A stretch of DNA of 64,000 nt from Octopus bimaculoides (GCF_001194135.2 NC_068990.1:30559668-30623667), one strand, 5' to 3'; shown: positions 24,481 through 37,540, counted from the first letter of the stretch. Notes: generated from the letters alone by a model not told the origin. Numbers and translations are program-made.

Positions 24481-25670
24481 TATATTGTTGAATGTGTCCT
24501 TCCAGATTGGAAGAAACTAGGGTGGAGTTTGGAGGAAATTTAGCTACTGTTTCTAGCTGGTTGGGAAACCACACAATGCTTGCATAATGGGTCCCCAGTT
24601 GTGTGAGATGAAACAAGGATGTTTGAACATAAGCCTGTGGGTAGGAAAAGTGGGTTACAATGGAAAGATCTAGGCAAGTATTGGGAAGTGCTCAAGAAGA
24701 GGTGAGGTCTTAGTGAATGAGATATGAAAGAGAATAGTGTGTAGGGTCAGACAGTTTGGATAGATTTTTAGGAGTGCAGTATAATAATCAGGTTAGATTT
24801 TTAAAGGTGCAGAATAGAAGGTGAATGCTATGTGAAAGTTGGTGTGTAATCAGTCACAGCATTTTATATGGAATGTGTTGCAGAACGGATTGACAAAATG
24901 AAAGCAAATCATTCTCTCTCCCTTTGATTTATAGTTGTTGTTTGGACATAGCAGAAAACACTTATCTATAAAGACCAGGTTGTAACCATTATTCTGATTG
25001 GTTAGTTTTTAGGTGCAAATTGTCCCCTAAACAATTGTGCCAAATTACACGGTCAAATAATCAGATGCGCTAAAATGGATCATAGGTTCTCTTGGCAGAA
25101 AAACTTTCATCTCTCCTGGGAGCCCACTTTTCTCTATAAGAAATGCAGTTCTCGGCTGTTCTACGTCTTTGGCAGACACCACTGACCACATATCATCATT
25201 TAACGTCTGTTTTTCCATGGGTTGGATGGTCTAGCAAGAGCTGGTAAGCCGAAGAGCTGCACCAGGTTTCAATTGTCTGTTGGCAAATTTTTGAACAGAA
25301 AATGTATAGGGTTCTGAAGTCCCTTTACTCAGCCTATCTAGTATTGGGGGCCACAAAAAAATATATACCAAGTATACTCTGTAAAGTGGTTGACAATAGG
25401 AAGAACATCTAATGATAGAAACGGGGCCAAATGTGTTTGAGCTGTTTATGGAAAGAGCAGATTTCCAACAAGAGATGACTCAGACTGTGAAGACCCATCC
25501 AATCCATGCCAGCATGGAAAGTGAATGTAAATAAGGATGATAGTAGGTTGTGAAATACATAAGTCATGTGGATTATAACAATTGCCACTTGCTCTAAATA
25601 TTTCTATTTCTCGTTTGCACAATTCACTAGATATACAGTTTGAATTCTATTAACCTTCTGTTGTTTCCAG

Positions 25671-25776
25671 GAACCACATATGCATCAGGTATCTGTACAA
25701 CCAAACACGTTTCTCTGGTGGTTGATCATGGGGCATATACATCTGGTGGAACAGCAGCACATGAACTGGCTCACAA
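25671..25776 (+). CDS. Metalloprotease exon I (zinc motif, first half): TTYASGICTTKHVSLVVDHGAYTSGGTAAHELAH(N)
   Basis: tttccag acceptor, AA|gtaagt donor, 106 nt; contains HELAH. Confidence 0.96.
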
Positions 25777-25984
25777 GTAAGTCACATTACACCAACATAT
25801 GTTTTTGTTTTGTACCATATAATCTCACAACACTCTACTTCATATGTTTCCTCACTAAACTCTACTGTACAGTAATTTACCACATCACACCATCTGACAT
25901 TATAACAAATTTTAAATAACTTCAATATTTAGTTGGAGTCTAACAAATGGTTCTAATATGTTTGATATCAATCTCCTTTTTCAG

Positions 25985-26161
25985 TTTAGGTGTTGTTGAC
26001 CACGATGGAGAAGGAAAGGCCAAGAACTGTCCTCCAGAGAGGCACCACATAATGTCACCTTCAATAGGGATACTCAGTAATACCACTAAGGGCTATGGCT
26101 TCAAGTTTTCAGACTGTTCTGTACAGCAGTTAAGAGAAAGTTTGAAGGATTTAGATGAAAG
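25985..26161 (+). CDS. Metalloprotease exon J (zinc motif, second half, and Met-turn): LGVVDHDGEGKAKNCPPERHHIMSPSIG...FKFSDCSVQQLRESLKDLDE(S)
   Basis: ttttcag acceptor, AG|gtaggt donor, 177 nt; HDG, IMSP Met-turn and FSxCS motif. Confidence 0.96.
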
Positions 26162-26585
26162 GTAGGTATGTTTGCTGAGTAAATTTTCTTATGAATGTTT
26201 TATCCTTATTAAGATAATTCTGATGGACACGTGGAGAGGTTACTGATCGACCTATTGCTAAGAGATTCATAGTTTATATCATGCCATTAGCACTGTGATA
26301 TATCAGTGGTCAAAATGCTTAGATCTGAAATGGCTCATACCACCTAGCTGTAAGCAGGTACCACAAAATAGACAGGACTGCTACCACTAGCTGTAGCAGC
26401 AACGTAAAACTGAAGAGTGTTTTGTCAGAATACTGATTTGAGTTCAAATGTCTTTAGGAATATACAGTACAGGGGTCAACTCTGCTAAGTTAACTTACCC
26501 CTGGATTCACTACAAAAATATAAAGACTTCATTGTTATCTGTATGTTTCTGTGAATTAGTGTAGTCAACATACAGACTAACAATG

Positions 26586-26626
<41 letters not shown>

Positions 26627-26693
26627 GGTATATACACATAAACAGATACTTAAATATATTTTAAGTTTATATGATTTTTTTTCTCTTCTGCAG

Positions 26694-26832
26694 TGGAACG
26701 AATTGCCTCAACAATGAAGCTTTCATCAACAATTCAACCGATTTCTCAGGCAGTATGGAAACATTACCAGGAGAAGTACACAATGTCCACGACCAATGTA
26801 GACAGATTTATGGACCCGATTCATTCATGTGT
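26694..26832 (+). CDS. Metalloprotease exon K: GTNCLNNEAF...LPGEVHNVHDQCRQIYGPDSFMC
   Basis: ctgcag acceptor, gtaagt donor, 139 nt. CL.N, then LPG....DQC...YG marks the start of the ADAMTS disintegrin-like domain. Confidence 0.95.
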
Positions 26833-26954
26833 GTAAGTTATTCTCCTCTTCTCAATATTTTCACCCACTGAACAGCAGTGAATAGTCAGAACCGGTCACT
26901 CATCCTTCCTCCACATCTTCTGTAAAGTATTGAATACTTGTTTGCTGTCTGTTT

Positions 26955-27007
<53 letters not shown>

Positions 27008-27099
27008 TTTGGTTTGGGAATCAATTTTTTTTTTCTTTCCTTTTAATATTTTCTTATTCTTCCCTTCTTTTCTATCCTTTTATGATTCGTTTCTTGCAG

Positions 27100-27219
27100 C
27101 CTCCTGCCTATCCATCACAGATCTGTTACAAAATGATGTGCTACGTCCCTTCAACCAGTAAGTGTGTAACTGAAAGTGGGTTAAGAGCAGCAATCGGCAC
27201 ACCCTGTGGACATCAAAAG
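27100..27219 (+). CDS. Metalloprotease exon L: PPAYPSQICYKMMCYVPSTSKCVTESGLRAAIGTPCGHQK
   Basis: cttgcag acceptor, AAG|gtaggt donor, 120 nt; C..M.C......C......AA.GTPCG motif. Confidence 0.94.
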
Positions 27220-27744
27220 GTAGGTTGTTGTTGTCAGGTACCAAGCTTGCACGAATCATTACATCAGGAAACAAAAAATGCTTTGTGATACTTTCTCAGA
27301 CTCTTTCTATTCTGAGTTCAAATCCTGCTGAGGTCTATTATGCATTTAATATTCCCAGGGTTGATAAAATAAATTGCCAGTCAAGTTGGGTGGGGTAGGG
27401 GAATGATATTGAGTAACCCCCAACCCCTAAAATTTTCCTGGCCCTATGCCTAAGTAAGAAGCAATTTTTCTTTCTTCAAAGAAATCATCATCATTGTTGT
27501 TATTATTATTATTATTGAGTGAGAGAAGGTGGTGAGCTGGCAGAATTGTTAATACGCAGGACGAAATGCTTAGCTGTATTTCGTCTACTGCTACATTCTG
27601 ATTTCAAATTCCACCAAAGTCAACTTTGCCTTTCGTCCTTCCAGGGTTGATGAAATACCTATCATTTCAGGACTGAGGTCGATATTATTGTTTATCCCCT
27701 TCCCCCAAATTTCAGGCCTTGTGCCTATAGTAGAAAGGATTATT

Positions 27745-28185
27745 ATTGAGTGAGAGAGCACTGTAGGCCATTAAAGTGACACTGGGGTACAAATATATGA
27801 AGCCCAATATACCTGTTTGATAAGGGTACACTAGGTACATGTACCACAATCATATGTACGTGACATGGTTATCTTGTATCAAGATAAACAGTGCATGACC
27901 TTGCAGGTGAGGCCTATTTAGAATTTTCTTCAGTTCAAGTAACCCATCCTGCTCAAAAGGTCCCTGAATAAGGGTTGTTTAAGGATGATGAATGAAACAC
28001 ACATGTTTCCAGTGGTGAATCATTCAATTCCTCTCAACACATGACTATGATGCTCCCCCACTACTTCTGCTCGTGATCAGAGATGCACATATCATCAGCC
28101 ACAAAGGGATATGCTCAACTGGTTAAAGTCAAACAACTGACAAGCAAATCTGAGGTACTGAGCAGAATATTTGCTGTAGCCCATC
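27745..28185 (-). mobile_element. Unclassified retroelement 3' end flanked by (TAA)n, possibly RLE-type
   Basis: The sense strand begins KRWATANILL..., compare GTARIL/GNAHIL in the other copies, and ends ctcactc-aataataat. Confidence 0.4.
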
Positions 28186-28731
28186 TTTTATTATTATGAA
28201 GTGGATAGCTAGCAGAATCACTAAAGTATCAGAGACAAAATGTCTGTTGGTATTTCCTCTGGCTCTTTACATTCTGAGTTCAAATCATGCTGAGATCAAC
28301 TTTCAACTTCTTGGGGCCACATAAAAACAAAGAGACAAGCTAGGAAAGACAGTGAGAAAGGGAGCAGTAAAGAGCAATGCCAAGTGACTAGAAGAGATGA
28401 TAAGGATCAGATATACTTAGTTACAGAGAAAAGCAGAAAATCAGAGTTTTAATATTTTTGACAATATTTGGATGAGAGGCACAAGGTATTCCAGGTTGCT
28501 GGTCAGTTTGTTAAAGAAAGATTGGTGTTGGGGAGAAATATCTACGAAATGATGGTGGCGTTAAGGGCATGGACACTTACTTAGCGCTGGTACCATCATA
28601 AAACCTACCCAGTACTCTCTGTACTGGAAAGTACAACCTATTTAGGAAGACAGTAACTTTGAATAAAAACTGACCCATGCCAGCATGGAAAGCAGAATAA
28701 AACACTAAGGATGATGGTGATGATAATAATG

Positions 28732-28783
<52 letters not shown>

Positions 28784-29455
28784 GTATAAGGTAGCGAGCT
28801 GGCAGAAACGCTTAACAGTATTTTGTCTGTTTTTACGTCCCGAGTTCAAATTCCGCAGACATCGACTTTGCCTTTTGCCTTTTGTCCTTTCTCCTTTCAG
28901 GGTCAATAAATTAAATACCAGCTGTGTACTGGAGTCGATCTAATCAACTAGCCCCCTCTCCCAAGAAATTTGGGGCCCTGTGCCTAGAGTAGAAAAGTAT
29001 ATATATANNNNNNNNNNNNNNNNNNNNNNNNNNNNNNNNNNNNNNNNNNNNNNNNNNNNNNNNNNNNNNNNNNNNNNNNNNNNNNNNNNNNNNNNNNNNN
29101 NNNNNNNNNNNNNNNNNNNNNNNNNNNNNNNNNNNNNNNNNNNNNNNNNNNNNNNNNNNNNNNNNNNNNNNNNNNNNNNNNNNNNNNNNNNNNNNNNNNN
29201 NNNNNNNNNNNNNNNNNNNNNNNNNNNNNNNNNNNNNNNNNNNNNNNNNNNNNNNNNNNNNNNNNNNNNNNNNNNNNNNNNNNNNNNNNNNNNNNNNNNN
29301 NNNNNNNNNNNNNNNNNNNNNNNNNNNNNNNNNNNNNNNNNNNNNNNNNNNNNNNNNNNNNNNNNNNNNNNNNNNNNNNNNNNNNNNNNNNNNNNNNNNN
29401 NNNNNNNNNNNNNNNNNNNNNNNNNNNNNNNNNNNNNNNNNNAAAAAAAAAAAAA

Positions 29456-29491
<36 letters not shown>

Positions 29492-29553
29492 TGAAAGATA
29501 TTTTGCCATGGCAACCAATCATTGACTTTCTGTTTTATCTTAAAATATTTCAG

Positions 29554-29605
29554 GGTTGTTATTTTGGAAACTGTTTGGCAAATATATCACAACAATTAGT
29601 TGCAG
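29554..29605 (+). CDS. Metalloprotease exon M: GCYFGNCLANISQQLVA
   Basis: atttcag acceptor, G|gtgagt donor, 52 nt, phase 0-1; supplies the expected C..G.C closing the Cys-rich domain. Not in the ORF track. Confidence 0.9.
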
Positions 29606-29679
29606 GTGAGTGAAATCTTTCCATGACTATCATGTTGTTGATCTATTCTACTGTAAATATGACCAAGTTTCATTTTTGC

Positions 29680-29744
<65 letters not shown>

Positions 29745-29770
29745 CTATGTGCATGTGTGTGTGTGTTATG

Positions 29771-29918
<148 letters not shown>

Positions 29919-30301
29919 TTAACGTCTGTTTTCCATGCTGGCATGGGTTGGATGGTTTGACTGAAACTGTTAAGTTGGGGAGCTGCTCCAGGTTCCAATC
30001 TGATTCAGTACAATTTCTACGGCTTGATGCCTTTCCTAATGCCAACCACTCCAAGAGTGTAATGGGTGCTTTTTGCATGCCACCAGCACGGGTGCCAGTT
30101 ACATGATACCGGCATCAGCCACAACTATGATTTCACTTGGCTTGACGAGGATATACACACACGAATGTGTGTGCATATATATATCATCATCATCATCATC
30201 ATCATCATCATTGTTGTTGTTGTCGTTTAACATCCGTTTTCCATGCTGGTATGGGTTGGACAGTTTGACTGGGGAGTGGCAAGCCAGGAGGCTGCACCAG
30301 G

Positions 30302-30333
<32 letters not shown>

Positions 30334-30832
30334 GGGTGTGGCTGTATATTGGCATATGCATGGCTGTGTTGTAAGTAGCTTGCTTACCAACCACATGGTT
30401 CCAGATTCAGTGCCACTGTGTGGCACCTTGGGCAACTATATTTTCTTATAGTCTTGAGCTGACCAAAGTCTGTGTTATAATGTCTATATAGTGACAAATA
30501 TTTTGTCAAATTGAAGAACCATCAATAGAATGGCTTTGGAGACTCACTTTTGAAATCAGAAACGATGACAACATTGATGGTTACATCTGACAAGTCCCAG
30601 CTGGAGTCTTCTATTCAGGTTATCTCCTTTGTCTCACAGAAAGACTTACCGATTGGGTTGCTTGTCAATAACATTTGCTGCTGGCAGAATCATTCAGATG
30701 GAATGCTACAGGTTTCATACAGTCTCCAATGATGTTTGATGTTTCTTAGTGAAGACATTTGACGTTTACTAGTTCAGTAAGAACCATGGCAGGTCTTGGA
30801 TAATGCTGATTCTTCTATCCTATAACATTATA

Positions 30833-31500
30833 CATCATCATCATCATCATCATGATTTAGCATCTGTTTTCCGTGCAGGCATGAGTTGGACAGCTGGACA
30901 GGAGTTGGACAGCTGAAAAGCTGTCCAAGCACCAATTCTGGCACAGTTTCTACAGCTGAATGTCCTTCCTAATGCCTACCATTTTACAGAGTGTACTGGG
31001 TGTGTTTTTACATGGCATCAACACTTATGAGCCTGCAGGACAAAGGTCTCTCGTCTGACAAAGAGACATGCCTCTATGGATGGATGGCCATGGTTTTACT
31101 TGGCTTGATGAATCTTCTCAAGCACAGTACATCTCCATAAGTCTCAGTCCTCATTATTTCCTCAGTGAGGCCCAACATCTGAAGAGCCTTTCTCACCACT
31201 TCGTCCCATGTCTTTCTGGGTTTACCCCTTCCACATGTTCCCTCCACAATTAGAGATCAGCACTTCTTGATGCAGCTGTTCTCCATACACATCACATGAC
31301 CATACTAATGCAGCCTTCTTCTCTCTCCTGCACACTACATCTGAAGCCTCTTACACCCAATTCTTCTCTCAAGCCATTTACACTCTGTCATATGTGCACC
31401 CTGGCATCACTCATCCAGCAGAAAGAGCTGCTTTCCTTTCTTTCAAGCCATTACAACCTCAGTAATCACAGCCCATGTCTCACTACCATGTAGCTTAGCT
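30833..31500 (-). mobile_element. RTE-type LINE 3' end with ORF2 remnant
   Basis: The reverse strand gives GKPRKTWDEVVRK; the same family 3' UTR and (CAT)n follow on +. Confidence 0.7.
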
Positions 31501-31586
31501 GTTCATACACAAGCATTACACATGTAATATTAATTTCTTTAGCATATTTATTTTATCAAATATAATTAATTTTCTATTAATTGCAG

Positions 31587-31697
31587 ATGATTGTCCCTAT
31601 CCAGACCTTCCATATCTCGTTAACTGTAAATTAGCCTCTCCTCTTATGTGTAACAATACAGAATTCTACAGACGATGCTGTACTTCATGTAACAAAG
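31587..31697 (+). CDS. Exon N, PLAC-like module 1: DDCPYPDLPYLVNCKLASPLMCNNTEFYRRCCTSCNK
   Basis: ttgcag acceptor, G|gtaaga donor, 111 nt, phase 1-1; six Cys ending CCTSC. Confidence 0.92.
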
Positions 31698-31867
31698 GTA
31701 AGAATTATTGGTAATCTTTGTTGTTGTTGTTGTTGTTGAATCCCTAATCAGCAGATGAAAGGAATTCCAGCTGGGACCATCTCATCTTGTTTTATTATTT
31801 ATTTTTTTCTTAGACAAATGTATCCGTCAAATGTAAATAATGTAAATAATGTTTATTTTCTGTTTAG

Positions 31868-32005
31868 ATTTCACAAAAGAGGATCTGTGCAAAGATGTCC
31901 CAGTACGTATCTTGTCAAAATTCAATTGCAGCCAGTTCTTGCTGCATCATGGCCTGATTCAATGCACCAAGAAATTAAAGCGTGTTTGCTGCAGATCTTG
32001 TGAAG
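31868..32005 (+). CDS. Exon O, PLAC-like module 2: DFTKEDLCKDVPVRILSKFNCSQFLLHHGLIQCTKKLKRVCCRSCE
   Basis: tttag acceptor, G|gtaaac donor, 138 nt, phase 1-1; CxD...C...C...CCxSC. Confidence 0.92.
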
Positions 32006-32947
32006 GTAAACAAACATTCGGTTGTCTTTGGGAAGATTAAGAAAAACAGTCAAAAATCAAAGTTTAGGATAACAATTCAGACTAGATAGTTAAGGAACTT
32101 GCTGCTTCTTAAATGTGTGGCCTTGGATTCAATCTCATTGCACAACAAATTGGGCCTTGTACTTCCTGAGTCAACCAAAGTCTAGTGAGATTTGGTAAAC
32201 AGAAACTGAATGAAAACCATTGTAAATGTGTGTGTGTGTGTGTGTGTGTGTGAAGAATGTTGTTGACAGAGTCCAATGTTTCAGTCAGCTAACCCATCGT
32301 TGGACTGCAGTCCTAAGATGATTTAGATGACCAAAACTTCTAAGCACCCCTTAAAATGTCTAGCTTTGAGGGTCCTTTGAATATGGCTATTCCTCAAATT
32401 GATTATATAATGAATATCATTTTGATATCTGGTATACATTGGGATATCTTAGATTCTATGTAGTGATATCCTTTAGCTATATAGGGAAGGGGTGGGGGCA
32501 GTTAAATATACATAGGTGTTTGTCATATAAGTTATTGTATGTCTTTGACTTCCAAATAACAAATCTGTCTATTACTACCTACTGCCAGTGGCACATAAAA
32601 AGCACCATTCAAGTGTGGTCGTTGCCAGTGCCGCCTGACTGGCTCCTGTGTCAGTGGCACGTAAAAAGCACCCACTACACTCTCAAAGTGGTTGGTGTTA
32701 GGAAGGGCATCCAGCTGTAGAAACTTGCCAGATCGGATTGGAGTCTGGTGCAGCCATTTGGCTTGCCAGTCCCCAGTCAAACCGTCCAACCCATGCCGGC
32801 ATGGAAACAGATGTTAAACAAGGATGATGATGATGATGATGATGCCTTCTTCAATAGAAAAAAAGCCTGAATAATCTTGATAATTCAATAAAATAACAAA
32901 ATAATGAAGATAGAAAGCTTCAATAACCTTTTAAATATATATTTCAG

Positions 32948-33004
32948 GCCTCAAAAGATCCATCATCAGAAGGAAAAACAGCCAGGATCTGTTAGTCTTG
33001 TATG
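32948..33004 (+). CDS. Possible optional linker exon P: (G)LKRSIIRRKNSQDLLVLY
   Basis: atttcag acceptor, G|gtatca donor, 57 nt, open in phase 1-1. The gene also stays in frame without it. Confidence 0.45.
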
Positions 33005-33213
33005 GTATCAACCACGTTGACCAACCATCATGGCCCATTCCGTATGGACTTGCATTTCCTTTTTGTTAACTTCTAGCGATGGGGTTTTTTCTTTGTCCCT
33101 GAAATATATAAAAGTTATTAAACTTTTTCTTCTTCACATTCTTAGAAGCTCTCCATCTTCGTTATTTTGTTATTTTATTCCTGAAGATTTTTGTTTTTCC
33201 CATTTTCTGTCAG

Positions 33214-33386
33214 AGCTGCAGAATGATCCAGCAAGAGAACCAGCTCCAACTGATTCCTGCGAGGATGACGAATATGTTGAAATTAATAATCTAAGGTGCT
33301 CCAAGTTTGTTGTAATGTATGGCAAGAAGGCATGTGCCAGGGATGACATCAGGGACGCATGTTGTGCCAGTTGTCGAAGAGCGTAA
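33214..33386 (+). CDS. Exon Q, PLAC-like module 3: ELQNDPAREPAPTDSCEDDEYVEINNLRCSKFVVMYGKKACARDDIRDACCASCRRA* (or spliced at 33382)
   Basis: ttctgtcag acceptor (phase 1); six Cys ending CCASC. The TAA stop lies inside a GC|gtaagt donor consensus. Confidence 0.9.
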
Positions 33387-35277
33387 GTATATTGTCACTG
33401 ATACTTTATGGACGTTTTGGATACTTAACCCCAGCACTGACTGGCTGAGCATTCCTATGATCAAAAGCATTTCAATCATAACCATCCTGTCCTTTTTGTT
33501 TCAGACTACACTATCCAGAGCCCTTCCTTTTTTAATACTACAGCATATATAGTTTGAGGGAGGTATAACTGCTATTTCTTGCCAAATGAATAACCATGTA
33601 ATGGTTTTCTTCTTGGCTCAAGACATGTTGTTGTTGTCGTTTAGCCCCTGGTCAGTCTTTATCCAACAAATCTATGATCAAAAGCATTCCAGTCATTGCC
33701 CAGCTCTATATTTCAAGCATATCTAGGACTGCATTTTCTAAAAAGAATAGGATATGATTTGAGGGAGAGTTGGCTGCTATTTTTAACAGGCCAACTGACC
33801 AGAAAGAGTCTCTCTTCTACTTGATATTTTGTTTTTTGTTTAATTTAAAGAGTATTTAAGAAGTGGTTATTCAATTATTTGGTGTGTGCCATTTCTCACC
33901 TGACAAAGATCCTTATGATCCATGTGTTTATCCCAGAAACATTTAAAAAATGGCAGAATCTAATCCATCAGAATAGACACATTAAAGTTTCAACATTGAG
34001 CAGCTGGCTGGGTAGAAGTCTCCAAGACAATCCATCATTTTTCCAAGGGCACATATAGCCACCTTTTTCACTTCAATACTTCTACCACTCATGGACATGC
34101 TTATAAACCAAAAAATAGCACAGTATCCATGACTTTCAAAGACCTTTAAATTTTTTTTTTACACCCAGAATTGTTAAAGCATGGAATTAACTCCACACAT
34201 CAGTTGTTGACTGTCAGGACACTTCATCCTTCAAAAGCTCCATGCTTCCTTATAATCACCAACACTATTTCTGATGAGCTTTGGCAGCTTTTCCTCCTCT
34301 TTTTGACTCTTTTATGTAATATTTGCTTTTCTGTCTTTTCATGATTTATTTTGGGATATTCTACAAGCACTTTTAACTTTCATTGCTACCTCTCTTTACT
34401 TGGCTTATTGCCTCTTTCTCTTCCTTCTTTTTATTTTTTCCTGATGAGTTGTATTTCGTGTGACCACTGTATGTAACAATGCTCACTTCTATTAATTTCA
34501 ATGTATGAGTGTTTGAAGGAAAGGATTTCTTTAAAAAATAGGATTGAAAATAAAAGAAACTATATCTGCTTATGATTGATGCCTGAGTGTAACTGGAGTC
34601 CAAATACGGATAGAGTTTGCTATGAAGTCACAATAACTGATGACTTGGGACTGGACAAATGTGTCTGTTGATTTGCAGGATAGAATTCCTTCACTGTTCT
34701 GTTTCTTCAACTGAAATTGCTTAGATGCATCATGACACCTTTTCTGCCACTCAGATCAATCTAGGCAATAACTTTCCCCCAGGATGTCAAACTAAGCTGT
34801 AGGGATTTCAGTGATTGTTTCAACTTATTCTTATACCTAATAATAATCCTTTCTCCTCTAGGCACAAGGCCTGAAACTTTGGTGAAGGGAGTGGGGGCAA
34901 GTCAATTACATCGACACCAGTATGTAACTGGTACCTATTTCCTCAACCCCGAAATGATGAAAGGCAAAGTTGACCTCAGCAAAATTTGAACTCAGAAAGT
35001 AAGGACAGGCGAATAATAATAACAATAATAATAATAATAATAATAATAATAATCCTTTCTACTACAGGCAAAAGGCCTGAAATTTTGGGAGAGGGAGCTA
35101 GTTGATTAATTCGACCCCAGTACTGGTACTTAATTTATCGACCCTGAAAGTATGAAAGGAAAAAGTTGACCTTGTCAGAATTTGAACTCAGAATGTAAAG
35201 ATGGTCGAAATACTGCTAAGCATTCCACCCGGCATGCTAACGATTCTAGCAGCTCACCACCTTAATAATAATAATGA

Positions 35278-35319
<42 letters not shown>

Positions 35320-35583
35320 GCTTAGCAGGTAGTTTTGGCCCTTGCTATAACTGAACTACAAACAAAGCTCTGCAAGGGCAGATGTTTAGCTTTGGTTTCC
35401 CTAAAGAGGTTTCTTTCCTCTGGAAAGATTCTGCCATTCACAAGTAGTTCCTGTTGTCGCAGGAACTGAACCAGGAGCTGCAAGCTAACAAATTATTCAT
35501 CAATAGCACTGCTATTGATGAATAATCAATGAATTAAACCAATCACAGTATTCATCTTTTTGACAGTTTCCTCTATTTTCCAG

Positions 35584-35638
35584 AGATCTGCTCACTGGTG
35601 GCACCAACAGTAAAACAGCGAAAGGGGTGGTGGAGTAA
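35584..35638 (+). CDS. Probable terminal coding exon R: (A)DLLTGGTNSKTAKGVVE*
   Basis: tttcctctattttccag acceptor, phase 2 matching the donor at 33382; AATAAA follows at 35735. Confidence 0.55.
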
Positions 35639-35734
35639 ACAAAGAATTTATGCCAAGTGACACTATGGATGACAGGAAACTAATGTCAGCAGCATTGGCA
35701 CCAACTTCACTGACAACAGACATCAAAATGTACC

Positions 35735-35740
35735 AATAAA
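35735..35740 (+). terminator. Candidate polyadenylation signal AATAAA of the metalloprotease gene
   Basis: Canonical hexamer about 100 nt after the exon R stop codon. Confidence 0.45.
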
Positions 35741-37071
35741 CATATTATCATCACCACCACCACCATCATTAGTCACTATAACCACCACTACAGCTACATA
35801 TAACACAGACACACACACATACAGATATAGGTTGGTTGAATAAACAGCCACAAACTCAATACATAAGTTTCTTTATATTTTTATTAAAAATACTGTATCA
35901 TCAAAATCATCATTTAACATCTGTTTTCTATGCTGGCATGGGTTGGACGGTTTGACAGGAGCAATGCAAGCTGGACAACCACAACAGATTCCATTGTCTG
36001 CTTTGACATGGCTTCTACGGCTGGATGCTTTTTCTAATACCAACCACTTTGCAGTGTACTGGGTACTTTTTGTGGCACCAGCACACACACACACACATAT
36101 ACCATTTAATGTACACCATATTGAAATAAAAGCTACCAATAGTTTCTTGCCATTGAGACATATGGTTCGGCAGATTTTTATAACATACCTTGTGTCTCCA
36201 AGCAATTTGTCCATATGCTCATATTTGCTGAAAATTTTGGATCTGAAATTAGTATAGTGAAAGCATATGGACAAATTTCTTTTGTCAAACTGGAGGACAC
36301 CATCCTCTCTGGATTGAGTAGCTGTCTCATGGACTTTCAACTCCTCTCCATTTATTAGCTTAATCACAATTTCTACAATCAAAGGGGATGTAACCTTAAT
36401 GTTCTTTTCTTGCCTTTTTGTTTTCTGTTTATTCACCCTTTATCTTCTAAATCCACTTTTTGCATTGACCTTCTTGTTTTTTCTCATGGTCTGAAACTGT
36501 ATACTTTAGAAAATTGGTGTAGTCAATTAAAATGACCTCAATGTATGACTGGTATTAATAACAACAGAAACAGAAAACAAGGAAAAAAAGCAAATTTTAA
36601 AATTATTTTTTTGAAAGTTTATTTCTACACAAATTGACATCAAACATGTTCTTCTGCATGTGTGTGTCTGTATTTACATATTGACAGATGTACATAAATA
36701 CTTGGAGAGAGAGAGGTGGGGATTAAGAATTAATACAGACTGGGTGACCTATACAAAAAGTATAGAAAGAGGCATTGACAACCAGACACACACACACTCA
36801 CAAACGTTTGTGCATGCATCGAGATATGCACTGACGCTGACGTACACACTGAGCTGACATGAATTCCCATCCCTGCCTTGATCCCTGCCAGCTTCCTCTC
36901 ATCCGTCTCATTCTAAAATGTCGTCGTCGTCGTCATCACTCCAACAAATATACTCTACTTTTAGAGCAGACAGATGAGAATTTAAAAATATATACACAGA
37001 CACGCCAAAAAAAGTTTTTTCATTGAAAAAAAAAAATGAAATAAAAAAGCAAAAAGTGTCTTTTACCGACA

Positions 37072-37540
37072 TTTGGCAGGAAGCATTATCCCTGTGTTGT
37101 CAATCAACGCTTGGCAGGAAATCTTATTCCCGTCACCAATAAAAACCATTTTTGATAGGAGGAAGCATTATCCCTATGTTACCAACCAAAATTTGACATG
37201 AGGAAGAGTTATCCCTGTTGCCAATCAGCATTAGATAGGAGGCAGTGTTATTTCTGTGTTACAAATCACCATTTTTTTTTTTGGAGGATGGGTTAACCAT
37301 CAGTTGCCAATCAATATTAGAGAGAAGAAAATGTTATCCCTGTTTTGCCCACCAATTTTACACAAAAGGAAAAGTTATCCTTGTATTACCAATCAACATC
37401 AAATATGAAGATGTGTTCCCAACAAACATTTTGCCCAGTGATATCCCTGTGTCACCAAATGTTATCCCAAATGATTAATACATGCCACTGCTGTATCACC
37501 AATCAACAAATTACAGAAAGTTTGTTCCCAATATTATAAA
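37072..37540. repeat. Degenerate minisatellite, about 42-bp unit
   Basis: Recurring ggaag.gttatccctgt..ccaatcaac core, roughly 10 copies. Confidence 0.7.
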
